Part shown: one piece after another, positions 58,939 to 64,000 of the stretch
Layout: the number at the start of each line of letters is the position of its first letter
Position numbering within the stretch: the first letter of the stretch is position 1
Origin: Actinomycetota bacterium
GTDB lineage: Bacteria > Actinomycetota > Coriobacteriia > Anaerosomatales > SLCP01
Length of the DNA: 64,000 nucleotides
Assembly: GCA_037446725.1 (NCBI GenBank)
Contig: JBBIIC010000006.1
Span: 424-64,423 of the forward strand
Reading direction: 5' to 3'
Notes under the pieces: model-generated
Database searches by the model: none
What the model was told of the DNA's origin: nothing
Seen by the model: only the letters and a program-made list of their open reading frames with translations
Translations under genes and position numbers: made by a program

Positions 58939-61035
58939 TCACGGGCGCCGTGCGAGCAGTCGCATCCCGTTCAACGTGACGAGCAGCGAGATCCCGGTGT
59001 CCGCGAACACCGCCATCCAGAGCGTGGCGGTCCCGGTCGTCGCGAGTCCGAGTACGGCGAACTTGACGATGACGGAGAGTGCGACGTTCTGCCGGATGAC
59101 AGACACCGTCCGCCTGCCGAGCTCGAAGAAGCGCGGGAGCTGCATCAGGTCGTCGGACATGAGTGCGACGTCGGCGGTCTCGAGTGCCGTGTCGCTGCCC
59201 GCTGCGCCCATCGCGATGCCGAGGTCGGCAGCTGCGAGCGCGGGAGCGTCGTTGATCCCGTCGCCGACCATGGCAACCGCTCCGTAACGGGCCCTGAGCC
59301 GGTGGACCGCGTCGACCTTCTGTGCGGGAAGCAAGCGCGCCTCATGCTCGGGGACACCCGCGCGATCGGCGACGGCGGCCGCCGTCCGCTCGTTGTCCCC
59401 AGTGAGCATCACCAAATGCTCGATAGAGCTGCCGAGCAGCCGCGAGACAGCCTGCGGGGTGTCCCGGCGCACCTCGTCAGCCACCCCGATGACTCCTGTG
59501 GCGCGCCCGTCTTCGACAAGCACGAGCGCGCTGCGGCCCTCACTCTCAAGGCGATCGACGACCGGACGGGCCGCGTCTGTGCTCGCCCCCTCTGACGCGG
59601 CGAACGCCGCGCTGCCGATGGCCATGCGGACACCGCCTACTGTGGCCCTCACCCCGCCGCCCGGGACATCTTCGAACGCGGTCACGCGCTCCCGTGCGCG
59701 CTCGCCCCCGTCGGCGCGGACCACCGCGCGCGCGACCGGGTGGTTGCTGTGGGCCTCGAGTGCAGCCGCGGCGCCGAGCACACGAGCGGTGTCTCCGCCA
59801 TCGAGCGCGATCACATCGGTGACTTCTGGACGACCCCACGTCAGCGTACCGGTCTTGTCGAACGCCACAACGCGCACGCGCGCCGCCGTCTCCAGGTGCG
59901 CGCCACCCTTGACGAGCACTCCGTCGCGGGTCGCGCGCGTGATCGCCGAGACGATCGAGACCGGAGTCGATATGACGAGCGCGCACGGACACGACACCAC
60001 GAGAACGACGAGGGCACGGTAGAACCACTCGCTCCACGAGCCCCACTCGGCTCCGAGCAGCACTCCTGCCGCGGGCGGGAGGACTGCAAGTGCGACGGCG
60101 AGCACCACGACCGCCGGGGTGTAGGAGCGACTGAACCGGTCCACGATCTGTTGTGATGGTGCGCGCGTCGTCTGCGCCTCCTCGACCATGAAAATGATAC
60201 GCGCGAGCGTCGAGTCCTCGGCCACCGCCGTGACGCGGATCTCGAGACGACCGGTGGTGTTCATAGAGCCCGCGAACACGGGATCACCGATCGACTTGTC
60301 CGCCGGGACGGACTCTCCGGTGATCGGCGACTCGTCCACCGCCGACGCGCCGTCGACGATCCGCCCGTCAAGCGCGATCCGCTCGCCCGGCCGGACCACG
60401 ACGACATCGCCCACCCCGACGTCAGCGGCGAAGACCTCCGCCTCCACCTCGCCCTCGAGCACGCGGGCGACCGGCGGACTGAGATCCATGAGATCTCGAA
60501 TCGAGCGTCTCGTACGCTCCAGCGAGCGCGACTCGAGCAGCCCGCCGAGCGAGAACAGGAACAAGACTATCGCGCCCTCGGCCCACTCCCCGATGAGAGC
60601 GGCACCGATGACCGCGATGGTCATGAGGACGTTCATGTCGAGCGAGCGGGCCCTGACCGACACGAGCGCCCGGCGGAACACGAGCCAGCCACCACTGACA
60701 ATGGCTGAGGCGTACGCCGCGACGGGGACTCCGCCCGCAATCGCCTCCCCGGAGCGGTCGAGCAGCCATCCGACGGTCACGAACACACCCGCCGCCGCGG
60801 TGGTTGCGGCGTGTCCGTTCGCCGCCCACCACCCCGGAACGACGGAGACACCGGGTCTCTTTCCCGGGGTCGCCGGAGCGCCGAGTGGCTCGGCGTGGTG
60901 ACCGCTCGCCCGCAGCACCGCGAGCGCTCGCTTGCGCGGATCGGTCGCGGGATCGTACTCAATCACCATGACGCCGCTCGCGAAGTTCACGTCGGCGCGC
61001 ACGACGCCCGGTATCCGCTCGACGGACGTGGCCAC
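58939..61035 (-). CDS. P1B-type heavy-metal ATPase, Zn/Cd/Pb subtype (core downstream of an in-frame TGA)
   Basis: CPC in TM6 (VSCPCALVISTP), DKTGTLT and GDGINDAPAL. A TM7 Lys (VIVKFAV) and TM8 ADTG are typical of ZntA/CadA-type pumps. The reading frame continues upstream through the TGA at 61054-61056. Confidence 0.85.
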   Translation of the reverse strand: MATSVERIPGVVRADVNFASGVMVIEYDPATDPRKRALAVLRASGHHAEPLGAPATPGKRPGVSVVPGWWAANGHAATTAAAGVFVTVGWLLDRSGEAIAGGVPVAAYASAIVSGGWLVFRRALVSVRARSLDMNVLMTIAVIGAALIGEWAEGAIVLFLFSLGGLLESRSLERTRRSIRDLMDLSPPVARVLEGEVEAEVFAADVGVGDVVVVRPGERIALDGRIVDGASAVDESPITGESVPADKSIGDPVFAGSMNTTGRLEIRVTAVAEDSTLARIIFMVEEAQTTRAPSQQIVDRFSRSYTPAVVVLAVALAVLPPAAGVLLGAEWGSWSEWFYRALVVLVVSCPCALVISTPVSIVSAITRATRDGVLVKGGAHLETAARVRVVAFDKTGTLTWGRPEVTDVIALDGGDTARVLGAAAALEAHSNHPVARAVVRADGGERARERVTAFEDVPGGGVRATVGGVRMAIGSAAFAASEGASTDAARPVVDRLESEGRSALVLVEDGRATGVIGVADEVRRDTPQAVSRLLGSSIEHLVMLTGDNERTAAAVADRAGVPEHEARLLPAQKVDAVHRLRARYGAVAMVGDGINDAPALAAADLGIAMGAAGSDTALETADVALMSDDLMQLPRFFELGRRTVSVIRQNVALSVIVKFAVLGLATTGTATLWMAVFADTGISLLVTLNGMRLLARRP

Positions 61036-61056
61036 GGTCCGCGCGCAATCCGGTCA

Positions 61057-61347
61057 ATCGAGACCGGTGAGGCGGTATGACGCGTGCGCGACCGCCGCCC
61101 CGATCTCGAGCCCGAACTCCCGTGCGGCCAACTCCACGTCCGCGGCCGCGAGCACCCCGGGGTCGAAGGTGACCGCCATCGTCCACGTCCGGGGGTCGAC
61201 GATCACGGAGTGCACGCCCGCCACTCCCCCGATCGCGGTCCTCAGCCGCTCGATGCATTCGGCGCAGCGTTCAGCGTCGGGCATGGCGACCGGAAGCCGG
61301 ATCTCACCGACGCGCTCGGCGCTGCTGGTTGCCGGCCCGACGTTCAC
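61057..61347 (-). CDS. N-terminal metal-binding region of the same P1B ATPase (upstream of the in-frame TGA)
   Basis: A first HMA-like domain with CAEC, then YRLTGLD-[TGA]-PDCARTVATSVERIPGV, which is an interrupted GxDCxxC HMA motif. The ATG at 61347 overlaps the arsR stop (ATGA). Confidence 0.7.
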
Positions 61348-61718
61348 CGGCGCTCCCCGGCATGTTCGAGGCCCTGGGCGAGCAGGCTCTCGACATGGGA
61401 GTCGGCCAGACGGTAGACCACGCGCTTCCCGGCGCGCTCGAAGGTTACGAGCCGCCTGTCACGCAACACCCGGAGCTGGTGGCTCACGGCCGACTGGCTG
61501 GCAGCGGTCACCGCGGCGAGATCGCAGACGCAAAGCTCCTCCCGCGAGAGGGCAAGAAGGATCCTCAGCCTGGTCGGCTCAGAGAGAGCGGCGAAGATCT
61601 CCGCGAGCATGAGCAGGTCCCGCTCGTCCGGGAGTGCGTCAGCGGCGCGCGTGACGGCGCGCGCGTCGACGATCCGCGCCGCGCACAGGTCCGAGGCTTC
61701 ATATGCACGCCTGCTCAT
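61344..61718 (-). CDS. ArsR/SmtB-family metalloregulator (CadC-like)
   Basis: LSEPTRLRILLALSREELCVCDLAAVTAASQSAVSHQLRVLRDRRLV is a winged helix-turn-helix with a CVC metal site. The 251-aa track ORF is over-extended. Confidence 0.85.
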   Translation of the reverse strand: MSRRAYEASDLCAARIVDARAVTRAADALPDERDLLMLAEIFAALSEPTRLRILLALSREELCVCDLAAVTAASQSAVSHQLRVLRDRRLVTFERAGKRVVYRLADSHVESLLAQGLEHAGERR

Positions 61719-61734
61719 ACGTTCATATGTACCG
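61699..61734. promoter_or_regulatory. Imperfect 12-2-12-like inverted repeat with two TTCATATG boxes (candidate ArsR/SmtB operator)
   Basis: The plus strand reads CTTCATATGCACGCCTGCTCATACGTTCATATGTAC and spans the arsR start codon. It is an AT-rich island. Confidence 0.45.
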
Positions 61735-61823
61735 TCCTCCGGCCACGCCGTCAATCCTCCCTGCCCGCGCGGGAATAGTCTGTTGTGAGATCGACCCGCG
61801 GTTCTCCGGTACGGGAGGCAGAC

Positions 61824-63977
61824 ATGGGCCATCCAAACGTTGTGACCCTCTCGCAAGCGGCTGACCTCGACGCGTCCATCGTGGGCGGGAAGGCGGCGCA
61901 CCTCGCCCGGCTGGCGGCACACGGACTGCCGGTACCGGATGCGCGGGTCGTCACGACGGTCGCATTCGACGCCTTCCTGTCGGACTCGGGCGCCGCCGCG
62001 TTGGTGGACGATCTCGCGTCCCTGCCGCGACACAGGGTGACGGTCGAGGAGGCGGCTGCCCGCGTCCGCGCGGCGATCATCGGGTATCCGCTCGCTCAAA
62101 CGCTCGCCGGTGAGCTCGCTACCGCATTCGTAGAGCTGACGGAGGCGGGCGGCACCGTCGTTGTCAGGAGCTCGGCGACGGTCGAGGACAGTGCGTCATC
62201 GAGCTTCGCCGGGATGCTCTCGTCGATCCCTGCGGTGGCGAGCGCCGAAGAGATGTACTCGGCCGTGAAGCGATGCTGGGCCTCGGCGTTCGAAGCGAGA
62301 GCGGTCCTCTACGCGCTCGAGCGGGGCGTGGAACCCGCGGACGTCCGGGTCGCGGTCGTGCTGCAGCGCCAGGTTCTCTCGGAGCGCTCCGGTCTCGCCT
62401 TCGGCCGCGATCCGGCACGACATGAAGCCGACATCGTCATCGTCGAGGCGATACAGGGTGCCGGTGAGGACATCGTCTCAGGCGAGGTGACGCCCGAACG
62501 CTACGAGTACTTCCCCGCCGACGGTCGTGTAACGGTGGTAGGCAGACCGAGCAAGTCCCTCTCGGTCGAGCGCAAGCTCACCGAACGCGAGGTGGCGCTC
62601 CTGGCGACCTGGGCGCGCGAGGCAGAACGCCTCTTCGGCTCTCCGCAGGACATCGAGTGGGCATCGGTCGGTGACCGGTTCTTCTTGCTCCAGTCCAGGC
62701 CGCTCGTGTTCTCCTCAACCGATTCGATGGTCTTCCCCGAGATCGCCGAGCACACAGTGCTCCTGCGGGGAGTGGGGGCGAGCCCTGCCGTCGGCACGGG
62801 CGAAGTCGTCAGGCTCATCGGCGAACAGGTGCAGATCCTGCCGCCCGGGGCGGTGGCCATCGTCAGCCGGCTGACCAACGATCTCGCGGTCCACCTGCGT
62901 GGGGCCTCGGCCGTCGTCGCGGACGAGGGCGGAGCGACGAGCCATGGTGCCAACATACTGAGAGAGTTCGGAGTCGCGTGCGTTCTCGGCACCGGAACGG
63001 CGACTTCGACGCTGACGGACGGGCAGCGCGTCACGGTCGACGGATATCGTGGCGTGATCTACCTCGGTGACCTGTCGTTGCGCCCCGCCGACGTCGAGGA
63101 GACTCCGCGCACGCGCACCCGGGTCTTCGTTTCGGTGCTCGTCCCGGACCAGGCACGTGTCGTCGCCACGCACGCCGATGGGGTGAGCTCCCTGAGAAAC
63201 GACTACCTCCTCCTGCAGTCCGGGGTGCATCCGGCGAAGATGGTCCGCTCCGGTCGGAGCGAGCAGCTCCTGGGCACCATCGCGTCCGGCATCGTCCAAA
63301 CCGCCGAACTCTTCGCAGGGCGACCGGTCTGGTACAAGACACTCGATGCGCCCACCGATGAGTTCAGGCGTCTGGTCGGGGGGGACGAGGAGCCGACCGA
63401 GCGCAACCCGCTTCTGGGATGGCGCGGCCTCGGTCGCGAACTGGAGGAACCCGAGCTCTTCATGCTCGAGCTCCGGGCTGTGATGCGCGCACTGGAGTCC
63501 GGTGCCGAGAACGTTTCGCTCAAGCTGCCGTTCGTGCGCTTCCCCGAGGAATACGAGCGCGCGAAGCGCTTCATCGAGCGTGCGGGGTTGCGCCCGCACG
63601 AAGACGTCGGAATCGGCGTGTCGGTCGAAACGCCGGGGATCGCTGCACGCCTTCAGGTCCTGTGCGATCTCGGGGTGGACTTCATCAGCGTCGGCGTGAG
63701 CGACCTCGTGATGTGCATCCTCGCGCTGGACCGTGAGAGCGAACGCGTCGCCTCGCTCTTCCAGCCCGCACACCCCGCGGTGCTCGATGTCCTCGGCCAT
63801 ATCGCAGAGACCTCCCGGACCAACGACGTATTCCTGTGCGCGTGCGGAGAGAGCGCGCACGACGAAGCGCTCCTGCCCGAACTCGTTGCGCTCCGGTACG
63901 ACGCGGTCGGGGTCTCGCTGCCCTACTTCGCGCCCGTCAGACGGCGCATCGCCGGAATCGAGCGCACCTCGATCTAG
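61824..63977 (+). CDS. PEP-utilising enzyme (phosphoenolpyruvate synthase / pyruvate phosphate dikinase family)
   Basis: N-terminal PPDK_N ATP-grasp (VGGKAAHLARL), phosphohistidine swivel domain (GGATSHGANILREFGVACVLG) and a C-terminal PEP/pyruvate TIM barrel. ATG 61824 with a GGGAGG RBS. Confidence 0.8.
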   Translation: MGHPNVVTLSQAADLDASIVGGKAAHLARLAAHGLPVPDARVVTTVAFDAFLSDSGAAALVDDLASLPRHRVTVEEAAARVRAAIIGYPLAQTLAGELATAFVELTEAGGTVVVRSSATVEDSASSSFAGMLSSIPAVASAEEMYSAVKRCWASAFEARAVLYALERGVEPADVRVAVVLQRQVLSERSGLAFGRDPARHEADIVIVEAIQGAGEDIVSGEVTPERYEYFPADGRVTVVGRPSKSLSVERKLTEREVALLATWAREAERLFGSPQDIEWASVGDRFFLLQSRPLVFSSTDSMVFPEIAEHTVLLRGVGASPAVGTGEVVRLIGEQVQILPPGAVAIVSRLTNDLAVHLRGASAVVADEGGATSHGANILREFGVACVLGTGTATSTLTDGQRVTVDGYRGVIYLGDLSLRPADVEETPRTRTRVFVSVLVPDQARVVATHADGVSSLRNDYLLLQSGVHPAKMVRSGRSEQLLGTIASGIVQTAELFAGRPVWYKTLDAPTDEFRRLVGGDEEPTERNPLLGWRGLGRELEEPELFMLELRAVMRALESGAENVSLKLPFVRFPEEYERAKRFIERAGLRPHEDVGIGVSVETPGIAARLQVLCDLGVDFISVGVSDLVMCILALDRESERVASLFQPAHPAVLDVLGHIAETSRTNDVFLCACGESAHDEALLPELVALRYDAVGVSLPYFAPVRRRIAGIERTSI

Positions 63978-64000
63978 GCTCTGCGCTACTCCGCCTCCAT

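Noticed and set aside
61719-62099. Upstream extension of the ArsR ORF (251-aa version)
   Set aside because: It overlaps the start of the PEP-utilising enzyme gene on the opposite strand and has Arg-rich low-complexity sequence. The ArsR fold begins after M at 61718.

Overview
High-GC (about 68%) bacterial chromosome segment with dense coding, mostly on the minus strand. The block uvrA-(unknown)-uvrC-DUF360-rapZ-yvcK-whiA-gap-pgk-tpiA-gpmI-secG (33.9-48.3 kb) is the classic actinobacterial-type synteny, so I treat the source as an actinobacterium-like organism; this is inference. Other ordinary content includes a UbiX/UbiA/UbiD prenylation-decarboxylation trio, an Opp/Dpp-type ABC peptide importer, tRNA-Leu(GAG), amt-glnK-glnD, a PduO-type adenosyltransferase, acs, larE, an ABC1 kinase and a PEP-utilising enzyme. 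I saw no rRNA, CRISPR, transposase, integrase or recognisable defence genes. Seven observations stand out. (1) A complete sigma-54 cassette (rpoN, sensor kinase, GAFTGA enhancer-binding protein) is translationally coupled to a Zn-ribbon membrane protein and CopZ, and a well-spaced -24/-12 element sits in front of rpoN. (2) A partner-switching pair consists of a 1076-aa GAF-rich PP2C phosphatase and a fused STAS-RsbW kinase, with no sigma-70-family target nearby. (3) Three copies of a CsoR-type ATACCCC...GGGGTAT palindrome are each embedded in the 17-nt spacer of a -35/-10 promoter, at csoR/CDF, ccdA and trxA/chelatase-like. (4) A Zn/Cd-type P1B ATPase has a TGA exactly where the first Cys of its GxDCxxC metal-binding motif should be, followed by a hairpin; this is either a selenocysteine candidate or a nonsense lesion. 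(5) A second in-frame TGA splits a small secreted protein. (6) A C-terminal remnant of a second UbiB/ABC1 kinase lies beside a B12-radical-SAM pair. (7) An unknown gene is translationally coupled between uvrA and uvrC. All calls come from reading the sequence and the ORF translations; no database search was possible.
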